From the NCBI GenBank assembly GCA_046296715.1, contig JBKBIN010000012.1, forward strand, positions 1 to 36,140: 36,140 bases of DNA. Direction: 5' to 3'. The notes under the pieces were generated by a model. The model was not told the origin of the DNA. It worked only from the letters and a program-made list of their open reading frames with translations, and made no database searches. Numbering within the stretch: position 1 is the stretch's first letter; each line of letters starts with the position of its first letter. The stretch comes from Candidatus Ratteibacteria bacterium (GTDB lineage: Bacteria; Ratteibacteria; UBA8468; B48-G9; JAFGKM01). The position numbers were made by a program, and so were the translations under genes. Shown here in pieces: positions 19,177 to 28,812 of the stretch.

Positions 19177-20826
19177 TTATTCTATCTCAATTATTTCAGG
19201 TTGTTCATAAGTTGAATAATAATAAGGAGTGTATGCAATAAATTCACCTGCACAAGTGTCAACACATTTATAATCTGGTTCAATTTTATACTTTTTTCTC
19301 AAGTTTCTTATTTCCTCTTCACTTTTACCTACTATTTTCCCTATTTGTTTATCAGAAAACCCAAGTTCTTTTGCTTTTTTCATTGTTTGATAATCAATAT
19401 CTTTATCTTTAAATTTTTCAATTTCTCTCTCAAAATCAACAATCTCTTTAATGTTAAAAATAAACCATTTATCTATTTTGCAAAGGTTATAAATCTCATC
19501 TATTGTTTTCCCTTCTTTTAATGCTTTTTTAATATAAAAAATTCTGTAAGGATTTGGAGTTCTTAATCCATCATCTGTTTCCATTTTCAAATTTATATCT
19601 TCAAGTCCATAAAAATTTTCTTCCAAACTTCTTAATGCTTTCTGTAATGCCTCTTTAAAAGTTCTGCCAATCGCCATTACTTCACCAATTGACTTCATAG
19701 ATGTTGTTAAAAAAGGTATTGAACCAGGAAATTTCTCAAAATTAAATTTTGGTATTTTTACTACACAATAATCAATTGTTGGTTCAAAACAAGCAGGTGT
19801 CTTTTTTGTTATATCATTTGGTATCTCATCTAATGTATAACCAACTGCAAGTTTTGTTGCTATCTTTGCTATTGGGAAACCTGTTGCTTTTGAAGCAAGA
19901 GCAGAGCTTCTTGAAACTCTTGGGTTCATTTCTATAACAACCATTTCTCCATCTTCAGGATTAATAGCAAATTGAATATTACTCCCTCCAGTTTCTACTC
20001 CAATTTCTCTTATTATTTTTATGGCAGCATCTCTCATATCCTGGTATTCTTTATCTGTCAATGTTTGAACAGGTGCAACTGTTATACTATCGCCAGTATG
20101 GATTCCCATAGGGTCAAGATTCTCAATTGAACATATTATAACAACATTATCCTTTAAATCTCTCATTACTTCAAGTTCATATTCCTTCCAACCACAAACT
20201 GATTTTTCAATTAATATTTCATTTATTAAACTTGCTTTAAGACCAATTTCAGCAAGTTCTTCAAATTCTTCTATATTATAAGCAATTGAACCTCCTGTGC
20301 CTCCAAGTGTATAGGAAGGTCTTATAATTAATGGGAATCCGATCTTTTTTGCTATCTCAATTGCTTCTTTTATATTATGAGCAATACCACTTTCAGGAAC
20401 TTTCAGACCAATTTTTTCCATTGATTTTTTAAATAACTCTCTATCCTCTGCTTTTTTTATAGCATAATAGTTTGCTCCTATTAATTCTACATTAAATTTT
20501 TGTAAAATATTCATTTCATATAGAGATGTTGCTATATTTAATGCAGTCTGTCCTCCCAAGGTTGGCAGTAAAGCGTCAGGTCTTTCTTTTTCAATAATTT
20601 TGGCAACTATTTCAGGAACTAAAGGTTCAATATAGACACTATCAGCCATATCTGGATCTGTCATAATTGTAGCAGGATTACTATTTACTAATACTACTTT
20701 AAAACCTTCTTCTTTTAATGCTTTACAGGCCTGTGAACCTGAATAATCAAACTCACATGCTTGGCCTATTACAATTGGTCCAGAACCAATTATCATTATT
20801 TTTTTTAAATCAGTTCTCTTTGGCAT
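19177..20826 (-). CDS. carB: Carbamoyl-phosphate synthase large subunit, N-terminal half
   Basis: [55 protein letters not shown] then stop. Confidence 0.93.
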   Translation of the reverse strand: MPKRTDLKKIMIIGSGPIVIGQACEFDYSGSQACKALKEEGFKVVLVNSNPATIMTDPDMADSVYIEPLVPEIVAKIIEKERPDALLPTLGGQTALNIATSLYEMNILQKFNVELIGANYYAIKKAEDRELFKKSMEKIGLKVPESGIAHNIKEAIEIAKKIGFPLIIRPSYTLGGTGGSIAYNIEEFEELAEIGLKASLINEILIEKSVCGWKEYELEVMRDLKDNVVIICSIENLDPMGIHTGDSITVAPVQTLTDKEYQDMRDAAIKIIREIGVETGGSNIQFAINPEDGEMVVIEMNPRVSRSSALASKATGFPIAKIATKLAVGYTLDEIPNDITKKTPACFEPTIDYCVVKIPKFNFEKFPGSIPFLTTSMKSIGEVMAIGRTFKEALQKALRSLEENFYGLEDINLKMETDDGLRTPNPYRIFYIKKALKEGKTIDEIYNLCKIDKWFIFNIKEIVDFEREIEKFKDKDIDYQTMKKAKELGFSDKQIGKIVGKSEEEIRNLRKKYKIEPDYKCVDTCAGEFIAYTPYYYSTYEQPEIIEIE

Positions 20827-21898
20827 TTTTTTCTATATATCTATAAAATTTTTCAAATAAATATTCAGCATCTCTTGGACCAGGTGCATTTTCAGGATGA
20901 AATTGAACAGAAAATACAGGTAATTTTTTATGTTCTATACCTTCAAGTGTTTGATCATTTAAATTTATGTGAGTTATTTCAACCATAGGATCCTTAATAG
21001 TATTTATATCTACACAGAAACCATGGTTTTGTACTGTTATATAAATTTTATTTGTTTTTAAATCTTTTACAGGATGATTTGCACCATGATGCCCAAATTT
21101 AAGTTTATATGTTTTGCCTCCAAAAACTTGGCCTAAAATTTGATGTCCTAAACATATTCCAAAAATTGGATATTTTTCAACAAGATTTGAGATATTTTTT
21201 ACAATATAATCCAACGGTTCAGGATCTCCTGGTCCATTTGAAATCAAAATACCATCAGGTTTTTCCTTTTCAATTTCTTTGTAAGATATATTTGCAGGAT
21301 AAACTACAATTTTCAAATTAAATCTTGAAAGTAACCTCAAAATATTATATTTAACGCCGCAATCAATAACAATAACTTTATATTTCCCTTCTTTTTTCCA
21401 CCAATAAGGTTTGTTTCTTATAACTTCCTTTACAAGATCAATTCCAACAATTGAAGGAGAATTTCTAACTTTTTTAAGCATTTCTTTCAAATCGTTTTCT
21501 CCTGTGAATATTCCTGCTTTCATTGATCCTTCATCCCTTATCATTTCTGTTATTTTTCTTGTATCAACATCCTCAATCCCAATAATATTATTTTCTTCAA
21601 ATAATTCTTCAATTGATTTTTCTGCTCGCCAGTTTGAAAAAAATTTGCTCTTTTCTCTAACAACAAATCCTTCTAAATGAATTTTATATGACTCAATGTC
21701 TTGACTATTTACTCCATAATTTCCAATTAAAGGATAGGTCATAACAACAATTTGTCCTTTATAAGATGGGTCATAAATTATTTCTTGATATCCTGTCATA
21801 CTTGTGTTGAAGATAAGTTCGCCAAATTTTTCTCCTTTTGCTCCAAATACATTACCTTTATAAATTATGCCGTTTTCAATTACAAGATATCCCTTCAT
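20810..21898 (-). CDS. carA: Carbamoyl-phosphate synthase small subunit
   Basis: [38 protein letters not shown]. Confidence 0.97.
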   Translation of the reverse strand: MKGYLVIENGIIYKGNVFGAKGEKFGELIFNTSMTGYQEIIYDPSYKGQIVVMTYPLIGNYGVNSQDIESYKIHLEGFVVREKSKFFSNWRAEKSIEELFEENNIIGIEDVDTRKITEMIRDEGSMKAGIFTGENDLKEMLKKVRNSPSIVGIDLVKEVIRNKPYWWKKEGKYKVIVIDCGVKYNILRLLSRFNLKIVVYPANISYKEIEKEKPDGILISNGPGDPEPLDYIVKNISNLVEKYPIFGICLGHQILGQVFGGKTYKLKFGHHGANHPVKDLKTNKIYITVQNHGFCVDINTIKDPMVEITHINLNDQTLEGIEHKKLPVFSVQFHPENAPGPRDAEYLFEKFYRYIEKNAKEN

Positions 21899-23280
21899 CT
21901 TTCAAATTGTTCCTTGCCTTTAAAATCTTTAACTTCTAAAGAATATTTTCCTGTAAAACATGCTGTGCAAAATTCTTCGTCAGGCAAATCAATAGAAGAA
22001 AGCATTCCATGAATTGAAAGATAATATAAACCATCAACTCCTATAATTTTTTCTATCTCACTTATTTCTTTATTTGATGCAATCAATTCTTCTTTTGTAG
22101 GAAAGTCAATCCCATAAAAACAAGGATATTTTATAGGAGGACAACTAACTGCCATATATACACTTTTTGCTCCTGCAATCCTTAATTCTTTAATCCTTAA
22201 AGTACTTGTCGTTCCCCTTACTATTGAATCTTCAACTACAATTACTCTTTTCCCTTTTATTATTTCTTTTATTGGATTTAGTTTTAATTTTACACCGATT
22301 TCTCTTGAGATTTGAAAAGGTAAAATAAATGTTCTACCAATATAATGATTTCTAATAAAACCCATTTCAAAAGGAATTTTTAAACTTTCGGAGAGACCTA
22401 ATGCAGCAATATTACCTGAATCCGGAACAGGTATGACAATATCTCCTTTAAATGGCAATTCTTTTCCTAAATTTTCACCAAGTATTTTCCTTACTTTATA
22501 AACACTTTTTCCAAATATTTTACTATCTGGTCTTGCGAAATATATAAACTCAAATATACATCTTGAAATCTTGTTTTTTGGTAAATAGAAACTTTTTAGC
22601 CCTTCCTTTCCAATATAAAGTATTTCTCCTTCCTCAATTTCTCTTATATATTCAGCACCAACTAAATCAAAAGCGCAACTTTCAGAAGCAACAATATAAC
22701 CATTTTCAAGTTTACCAAGACATAAAGGTCTAAATCCATATGGATCTTTAATTGCATATATACCTTCTGGTGAAAAAATCACTAAAGAATAAGCACCCTT
22801 AAGTTTATTTAAGGCATCTATTAGTTTATCAATGAAATTTTCTTTTTTTGATTTAAAGATAAGATGCATTATTATTTCTGTATCAAGAGTTGTTTGAAAT
22901 AATGTCCCTTGTTCTTCAAGTTTTTTTCTTAAAGAGTAACTATTCACAAGATTCCCATTATGTGCAATTGCATATGTTTTTCCTTTATATTCAACTATAA
23001 AAGGTTGAACATTTTTTATATCTGGCTTTCCTGTGGTTGAATATCTTACATGACCAATACCAAATCCGTAATTTCCTTTATATTTATCAAAATCAAAATT
23101 TGAAAAAACATCATTTGTCAGTCCCATTCCTTTATGAACATAGATATTTTTATAATCTGAAAAAATAATTCCACAACTTTCTTGTCCTCTATGCTGAAGA
23201 GAAAAAAGAGAAAAATATAAAATTTTAGGAGAATCTTTTACATTATAAACTCCAACAATGCCACAATTTTCTTTTAGCAT
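21895..23280 (-). CDS. purF: Amidophosphoribosyltransferase
   Basis: ENCGIVG, LQHRGQE, GHVRYST, CIFEFIYFARPDS, VEDSIVRGTT, PCFYGID, FCTACF. Confidence 0.97.
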   Translation of the reverse strand: MLKENCGIVGVYNVKDSPKILYFSLFSLQHRGQESCGIIFSDYKNIYVHKGMGLTNDVFSNFDFDKYKGNYGFGIGHVRYSTTGKPDIKNVQPFIVEYKGKTYAIAHNGNLVNSYSLRKKLEEQGTLFQTTLDTEIIMHLIFKSKKENFIDKLIDALNKLKGAYSLVIFSPEGIYAIKDPYGFRPLCLGKLENGYIVASESCAFDLVGAEYIREIEEGEILYIGKEGLKSFYLPKNKISRCIFEFIYFARPDSKIFGKSVYKVRKILGENLGKELPFKGDIVIPVPDSGNIAALGLSESLKIPFEMGFIRNHYIGRTFILPFQISREIGVKLKLNPIKEIIKGKRVIVVEDSIVRGTTSTLRIKELRIAGAKSVYMAVSCPPIKYPCFYGIDFPTKEELIASNKEISEIEKIIGVDGLYYLSIHGMLSSIDLPDEEFCTACFTGKYSLEVKDFKGKEQFER

Positions 23281-23433
23281 TTTATTTATTTGCAGTTTTT
23301 AATTATATATTAATTTTACACATATTTTAAATTTTGCCAAATTTTTTTACAAAAAAATGCTCTTTTATTCTTCCTAACTTCTTTCTCTAATAAAAAGTTT
23401 TTCTTAAACAATTTTGCTCATCTTTAATAGAAT

Positions 23434-23475
23434 AAAAAAAATACCCGGCAAAAGCATCTTGCTTTTACCGGGTAT
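23434..23475 (-). terminator. Intrinsic terminator downstream of the glutamate-synthase-like gene
   Basis: Minus strand ATACCCGGTAAAAGCA-aga-TGCTTTTGCCGGGTAT (16 bp with one G-U) followed by a T run; 15 nt after the stop at 23491. Confidence 0.9.
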
Positions 23476-23490
23476 CTTCATCTTTATTTT

Positions 23491-25059
23491 TCAAAATTTC
23501 AGAATTTTATCAACTTCTTCTTTATCACAATCCATGACATATGGAATACCTGATATTTCTGAAGCAGTTTTTGTCAATGCAAAAATATCGTCTCTGCTAA
23601 TGTATTTAAGTGAAAATTTCCTTGCTCCAGCCATAAGTTGTTTCAATCCAGTTGCCAATCTATCATAGTAACTGTACATTCCTATTGCACCTATTGGCAT
23701 ATTCTTAAATTCTTCTCCATATTTTTTCTTAAGTATTTCAGCATAAACAAAAATCTGCTCTATTGTATCTCCATACTTTTTATATTCAGTTGGAATTTTT
23801 CCTTCTTTTATTAAATTTCCAATTGTTTTTGCTGCCATTACAGCAGAAAAAGTGGCTCTTCCTAAACATATTGCTTTAACATAAGGAGCAGCAAGAGCAA
23901 TAGCTTTAAAAATATGGTCTTCCAGTGCAAAGCCTCCAGCCATGGCTATAGGTGGAATATATTTTCCTTTTTTGTCTATTTTCTTTAACATATCATAAAG
24001 AAGGCATTCTAATTCAACAGTAGGAATTCCCCATTCATTCATCATTCTCCAAGGGCTCATTCCTGTTCCACCACCAGCACCATCAACTGTCAAAAGATCT
24101 ATTTTTCCTAAAGAAGCGCATCTTACAGCAAGTGCTAAATCTTTTGGTCTATATGCTCCTGTTTTTAAAGTAATATACTTAAATCCTAACTTTCTCAATC
24201 TTTCAACTTCTTTAAGAAATGTCTCTTCCTCCACCATACCAAGACGTGAATGTCTTTCAAATTCTTTAATTGCTCCTTCTTCATAGGCCTTTTGTACTAC
24301 TGGATCTTCAGGATCAGGGAAAACATAATATCCTCTTTTCTTAAGTTCTAAAGCTCTCTCTAATGAGGGTAATTTTACCTCTCCTCCTATGTCTTTTGCA
24401 CCTTGACCCCATTTAATTTCAATTGCTTCTACGCCTAACTCAAGTAAATATTCGGGAACACCAAATCTACTATCTTCTACATTGATCTGAACAACTATTG
24501 CACCCTTTCCATTATACCATTTTTTATAAGTGTTAACTCTTCTTTCCATTTCAGGAGATTTTTTTACTTTACCATTTTTAAACTCTGCTTGGGGATCCAT
24601 ACCGCAAACATTTTCTCCAACTACTACAACAGTTCCACATATAGCAGCACCAACTGCTACTCCTTCCCAATTAATTCTTGCAACATCTGTAGAACCAAGA
24701 GCACCAGTAAAAAATGGAAAATCTAACTTAATCTTATTTTCTCCTCCTATTTCAGTTGATATATCCACTGCCTGAAAAATTGCCTTATCAGGATCAGGAT
24801 CAACTCCAACTGCACCTACACATGTTCCATGAATATTAAAATGAGAAAAATCTATTGGATAGTCCTTTTCTGCACCAGCAACCATACTTCCATAAGGTTG
24901 TGGATATATCATCTCCCTACCTCTAATAGCAGATTTTGCAACTTCACAAAAACCAACACAACCATCTAAACATACAACACAAATTCCTGAAAAAGGCGAA
25001 GCATTAACTCTATTTCTTGTATTTGTAGCAGGACTCGCATTCGGCTTACTAAAAGACAT
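23491..25059 (-). CDS. Stand-alone FMN-binding glutamate synthase family protein
   Basis: EIKWGQGAKDIGGE, LKTGAY, VDGAGGGTG, AGGF, LGRA (GltB FMN barrel-like); N-terminal CxxCxxxCxxxC; SD GGAGG. Confidence 0.82.
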   Translation of the reverse strand: MSFSKPNASPATNTRNRVNASPFSGICVVCLDGCVGFCEVAKSAIRGREMIYPQPYGSMVAGAEKDYPIDFSHFNIHGTCVGAVGVDPDPDKAIFQAVDISTEIGGENKIKLDFPFFTGALGSTDVARINWEGVAVGAAICGTVVVVGENVCGMDPQAEFKNGKVKKSPEMERRVNTYKKWYNGKGAIVVQINVEDSRFGVPEYLLELGVEAIEIKWGQGAKDIGGEVKLPSLERALELKKRGYYVFPDPEDPVVQKAYEEGAIKEFERHSRLGMVEEETFLKEVERLRKLGFKYITLKTGAYRPKDLALAVRCASLGKIDLLTVDGAGGGTGMSPWRMMNEWGIPTVELECLLYDMLKKIDKKGKYIPPIAMAGGFALEDHIFKAIALAAPYVKAICLGRATFSAVMAAKTIGNLIKEGKIPTEYKKYGDTIEQIFVYAEILKKKYGEEFKNMPIGAIGMYSYYDRLATGLKQLMAGARKFSLKYISRDDIFALTKTASEISGIPYVMDCDKEEVDKILKF

Positions 25060-25083
25060 TTTTCCCTCCTTTTTGTTAAAAAT

Positions 25084-25122
25084 AAAAAAGGTCCTTTCTC
25101 TCTTTCTCCGAGAGAAAGGACC
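25084..25122 (-). terminator. Intrinsic terminator (attenuator) in the leader of the glutamate-synthase-like gene
   Basis: Perfect 13 bp stem GGTCCTTTCTCTC/GAGAGAAAGGACC, 7 nt loop, TTTTTT; lies between the promoter and the ATG. Confidence 0.9.
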
Positions 25123-25134
25123 CCTTTGTCCTTT
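25115..25134 (-). promoter_or_regulatory. ANTAR-like hexaloop hairpin overlapping the terminator 5' arm
   Basis: AAAGGAC-AAAGGG-GUCCUUU; loop A1/G4; mutually exclusive with the terminator base. Confidence 0.7.
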
Positions 25135-25143
25135 TATTTAAAT

Positions 25144-25172
25144 ATTATACCCTCTTTTTTATAAACTGTCAA
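25144..25172 (-). promoter_or_regulatory. Consensus sigma70 promoter
   Basis: TTGACA(25172-25167)-17 nt-TATAAT(25149-25144), perfect match. Confidence 0.9.
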
Positions 25173-25177
25173 GACAT

Positions 25178-25194
25178 TGTACAGATTGAGTACA
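25178..25194. promoter_or_regulatory. Palindromic operator candidate TGTAC-N7-GTACA
   Basis: Perfect inverted repeat ending 5 nt upstream of the -35 box. Confidence 0.5.
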
Positions 25195-25259
25195 GTTAAT
25201 ACTTTTTCATATCCTATGCAACATCTTGAAAATTCTATTATTTTAATTGATCAATTTAG

Positions 25260-26141
25260 TTATATCAGATTAGAAAGAGAAAGTAATTCAGGAACATATT
25301 TGTCCCAACCAAGTGGCATAATATGTATACCCTGACACATATCTTTCATACCTTTAATCAGTTCTGCTCCTATATTTAAACTTACCTTAACTCTTTCTTC
25401 TTTTTTTGCTTTTGCTAACATTTCAATATATCTATCAGGAACACTAACTCCTGCAACATTCTCATTCATATATTTTGCCATACCAGCAGATTTTAAAAGA
25501 ACAATACCACCAAGAATTGGAACTTTATATTTCTCAACTTTTTTCATAAATTGTTCAAATTTTTTTAAATCATAAATTGCCTGCGTTTGAAAAAATTTTG
25601 CTCCTGCTTCAATCTTTTTCTCCATCTTAATAATTTGCAATTCAAGTGGTTCATATCCAGGACTTACAACTGCACCAAGGAAAAATTCAGGTTTTCCATC
25701 AAGCTGATTCCCATTCATATCTTTCCCTTCCATTAACATTGAAGCAACTTTTAATAGAGAAACAGAATCAAGGTCAAATACTGGTTTTGCTTCAGGATGG
25801 TCTCCTAAAATTGGATGGTCTCCTGTCAAACATAAAACATTTCTAATGCCTAAAACATAAGCACTTAAAAGGTCTGATTGTAAAGCAAGTCGGTTTCTAT
25901 CCCTACAAGTTATTTGAAAAATTGGTTCAATCCCAATATCAATAAGTAAATGACAAACACAAAGTGATCCAAGTCGCATAACCGAACTCTGTAAATCAGT
26001 AACATTAATTGCATCAACTTTATCTTTTAACTCCTCTGCTTCTTTCAAAAACTCAAGATTTGTTCCTTTACCAGGACCTATTTCTGAAGTAATAATAAAT
26101 TTACCTTCTTTCAACTTTTTCTGTAAATTTGAGATTTCCAT
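25260..26141 (-). CDS. metF: Methylenetetrahydrofolate reductase
   Basis: EIGP.KG, DAINVTD, QITCRDRNRLALQSDL, LCLTGD, KKIEAGAKFFQTQ, GIHIM. Confidence 0.93.
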   Translation of the reverse strand: MEISNLQKKLKEGKFIITSEIGPGKGTNLEFLKEAEELKDKVDAINVTDLQSSVMRLGSLCVCHLLIDIGIEPIFQITCRDRNRLALQSDLLSAYVLGIRNVLCLTGDHPILGDHPEAKPVFDLDSVSLLKVASMLMEGKDMNGNQLDGKPEFFLGAVVSPGYEPLELQIIKMEKKIEAGAKFFQTQAIYDLKKFEQFMKKVEKYKVPILGGIVLLKSAGMAKYMNENVAGVSVPDRYIEMLAKAKKEERVKVSLNIGAELIKGMKDMCQGIHIMPLGWDKYVPELLSLSNLI

Positions 26142-26816
26142 TTATAACTCCTCGTTTTTATCTATATCATAAAATACCTTTTTTCTTATTTTCCCGGTTG
26201 GCTCATATAGTTTATAATTTCTTGGTTCTTGATATTCCTTTAAAATTTCAAGTTTTCCAATTTTTTTTAGTTTTTCATATATTATTGCCCATCCGCAATC
26301 CTTTTCTGAATCTATCTCACATTTACCATTATTAGTTCCTCCACATGGACCATTAACAAGTTGTTTAGTACAAAAAGTTATAGGACATATCCCACCTGTT
26401 ATCCCAAGAAAACACATACCACATTCAGCACATCTTTCTTCACCAGGCCAAAGTCCTTGAAATCCACCAAGATATATAGTATTTGTTGCAGGATAGACAG
26501 GTTTTTCAATAATTTTTGAAACACACTGAACTCCTATTCCACATGAAAAAACTAAAATACCAAAATTGTCTGAAAAATCGCTTATAAATCTTGACATTTT
26601 TCTTACTATTAAATTCTTATTACACAAAAAATCAACTTTAATTTTTTCTTTTATTTTTTTCCCGTTTGCTAATAATTTTTCTTCAATTTCACCAACACTT
26701 TTATCATCACTTACTTTACAGACCTCTGCACATCCGTTACAAGTAAGTAAAATTAAATTTTCCTCTTTTGCAATCTTTAGGATTTCTTCAAAATTTTTCA
26801 ATTCTGAGTAAATCAT
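26142..26816 (-). CDS. metV: MetV, Fe-S/Zn small subunit of MTHFR
   Basis: CNGCAEVC, SCGIGVQ, RCAECGMC, GGICPITFC.K..VNGPCGG..GKCE, DCGW; abuts metF; ATG 26816 has well-spaced GGAG (alternative 26822). Confidence 0.88.
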   Translation of the reverse strand: MIYSELKNFEEILKIAKEENLILLTCNGCAEVCKVSDDKSVGEIEEKLLANGKKIKEKIKVDFLCNKNLIVRKMSRFISDFSDNFGILVFSCGIGVQCVSKIIEKPVYPATNTIYLGGFQGLWPGEERCAECGMCFLGITGGICPITFCTKQLVNGPCGGTNNGKCEIDSEKDCGWAIIYEKLKKIGKLEILKEYQEPRNYKLYEPTGKIRKKVFYDIDKNEEL

Positions 26817-27285
26817 CTTCATTCTCCTTTTTTAAGATTAAATCACAAAATTTTATAAGTTTATCTAAAATCTCCTCAAATTTTTCAAGTAATGTTTCAG
26901 AAAGTCCAATTTTCCAATCAATTTTATCTGGCTCAATACCAAAAATATAAAAATTTTTCAAAAAATCAAGACAACTTAAAATTTCAATATCTAAATAATT
27001 TTTTTCATGAGAAGAGAATGTGCAAATATCTATAATTTTAGGATTTTTACTTATATAAACAAAACCTGGTATCAAATTAAAATTTATTGCATCAACTATA
27101 ACCAAATTTTCACATCTTTCTTCCTCAACTATAGGCAAAATCCTCCATGTCTCTGTTCCTATTTCATAAATTTTTACTTCTTTTTCATCATAATAATTTT
27201 TAAGTTCTCTGACAAGATATATCCCAATTCCATCGTCCATTCTTAAAGTGTTTCCTATTCCAATAACTAACAATTTTATGCCCAT
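26788..27285 (-). CDS. Hydrogenase maturation endopeptidase (HyaD/HybD family)
   Basis: GIGNTLRMDDGIG, IVDA, SSH, GIEP, GLS motifs; follows the large subunit. Confidence 0.9.
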   Translation of the reverse strand: MGIKLLVIGIGNTLRMDDGIGIYLVRELKNYYDEKEVKIYEIGTETWRILPIVEEERCENLVIVDAINFNLIPGFVYISKNPKIIDICTFSSHEKNYLDIEILSCLDFLKNFYIFGIEPDKIDWKIGLSETLLEKFEEILDKLIKFCDLILKKENEDDLLRIEKF

Positions 27286-28811
27286 ATTAAAAATTCTTTT
27301 TTATTCAATTTTTTTCTATCTATAATCTGAACTGCACACGCAAGGCATGGATCAAAAGACCTAATTATCCTTAAAATTTCTATTGGGTTTTCTTCGTCTT
27401 TTATAGTTGTTCCTATGAGTGCCTTTTCAATTGGTCCATAATTCCCATTTTTATCTTTTGGAGAAGCATTCCATGTTGTAGGGGAGATAACCTGATAATG
27501 TGAAATTTTTTTGTTTTTTATCTCTACCCAATGACCAACAGCACCACGAGCACCTTCGCTTAATCCAATTCCTTTACATTCAGAATGTATTTCAAAATTA
27601 ATGAAGAACTCTTCATCTGGCTTTATTCTTAATAACCATTTTAAACTTTCTTCTATTAAAACTTTTGCTTCTATAAATCTTGCAATATATCTTCCAAGAA
27701 CAGAATTTAATTTTGATATATCTATTTTTAAATCTGAAATAAATTTATCAATCTCTGTTTTCCAAGGTTCTATATTCTTTTTATATGCTACAATTAACCT
27801 TGCAACAGGTCCAACTTCAAAAGGTTTTTCTTTATATCTTGGACCTTTTATCCAAGAATATGCATTCTTATTTACATCTACCTGTGGAAAATCTGTTGCT
27901 GGATTTTCTTTTTCACCTTTATACCATGAATTTTCTATATGCTCTGTTATTTCACTAACATCTAATTCTTCAATATTTTCCATATTTAAAACTACTCCGC
28001 CTGGTTGAAATTTTTCTATATTACCATCTTTTTTAAAATAAAATGTTCCGTATGCAAGATAATTTCCATATGAAGCGCCTATATCAAAATAGTCATAATA
28101 GTAATTAATTAGATCTTTTAAATCTCTCATATAATAAAGGTCAACAAATTCTTTTATGTCCTTCAATTTACCTATCGCATTTTCTATTTTTCCCATATCA
28201 ACTTTTTGAGTAACTCCACCAGGAACAATTCCACATTGATGTGGCATTTTACCTCCAAAAATACTTAAAAGTTGATGTGCATATCTTCTAATCTCAAGTC
28301 CCTTTATATAGTTATGAAGGCACCTTAAATTTATATCTTCAGGTAATCTCAAATCTTTATTTGTTGAAGAGAAAGGATAATAATTATCTCTTTCAAAAAA
28401 TTTACAAACAAGGTCAATTTCACTACTTACTCCTCTTTTTGCTTTAGTTAAATCTAAAAAATCAAGTAAACACAAATGATAAAAATGTAAAATAGAATTA
28501 TGAATGTGATTTGAAGCATGTATTAAATTCCTCACATAATAGGCATTTTCTGGAATTTTTTCTTTAATTTCTAAAGCATCTTCAACAGCATAAGTTGATG
28601 CAGTTGCATGTGCAATTGGACATACTCCACATATTCTTTGAGTTATCTGAACAGCATCAATTGGATCTCTACCAATTAGTATGTTTTCAATTCCTCTATA
28701 AAGCATTCCACTACATTTTGCATCAATTACTTTTTTATCTTCAATTTCAACTTCTACTTTTAAATGTCCTTCAATTCTTGTAACCGGGTCAATTATAATT
28801 TTTTTACTCAT
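27276..28811 (-). CDS. [NiFe]-hydrogenase large subunit (group 1-like)
   Basis: DPVTRIEGH, L1 QRICGVCPIAH, YSWIKGPRY, PTTWNASP, L2 SFDPCLACAVQ plus C-terminal extension; ATG 28811 has SD GGAG. Confidence 0.92.
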   Translation of the reverse strand: MSKKIIIDPVTRIEGHLKVEVEIEDKKVIDAKCSGMLYRGIENILIGRDPIDAVQITQRICGVCPIAHATASTYAVEDALEIKEKIPENAYYVRNLIHASNHIHNSILHFYHLCLLDFLDLTKAKRGVSSEIDLVCKFFERDNYYPFSSTNKDLRLPEDINLRCLHNYIKGLEIRRYAHQLLSIFGGKMPHQCGIVPGGVTQKVDMGKIENAIGKLKDIKEFVDLYYMRDLKDLINYYYDYFDIGASYGNYLAYGTFYFKKDGNIEKFQPGGVVLNMENIEELDVSEITEHIENSWYKGEKENPATDFPQVDVNKNAYSWIKGPRYKEKPFEVGPVARLIVAYKKNIEPWKTEIDKFISDLKIDISKLNSVLGRYIARFIEAKVLIEESLKWLLRIKPDEEFFINFEIHSECKGIGLSEGARGAVGHWVEIKNKKISHYQVISPTTWNASPKDKNGNYGPIEKALIGTTIKDEENPIEILRIIRSFDPCLACAVQIIDRKKLNKKEFLIWA

Positions 28812-28812
28812 T

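Noticed and set aside
23281..23433. Purine/ZTP riboswitch or PyrR attenuator upstream of purF-carAB-guaA
   Set aside because: No GC-rich structured leader; only weak promoter-like words.
25245..25256. Palindrome AATTGATCAATT just after the metF stop
   Set aside because: Short and AT-rich; plausible by chance.
27340..27350. Possible selenocysteine (NiFeSe) hydrogenase
   Set aside because: The codon after Asp-Pro is TGC (Cys), not TGA.
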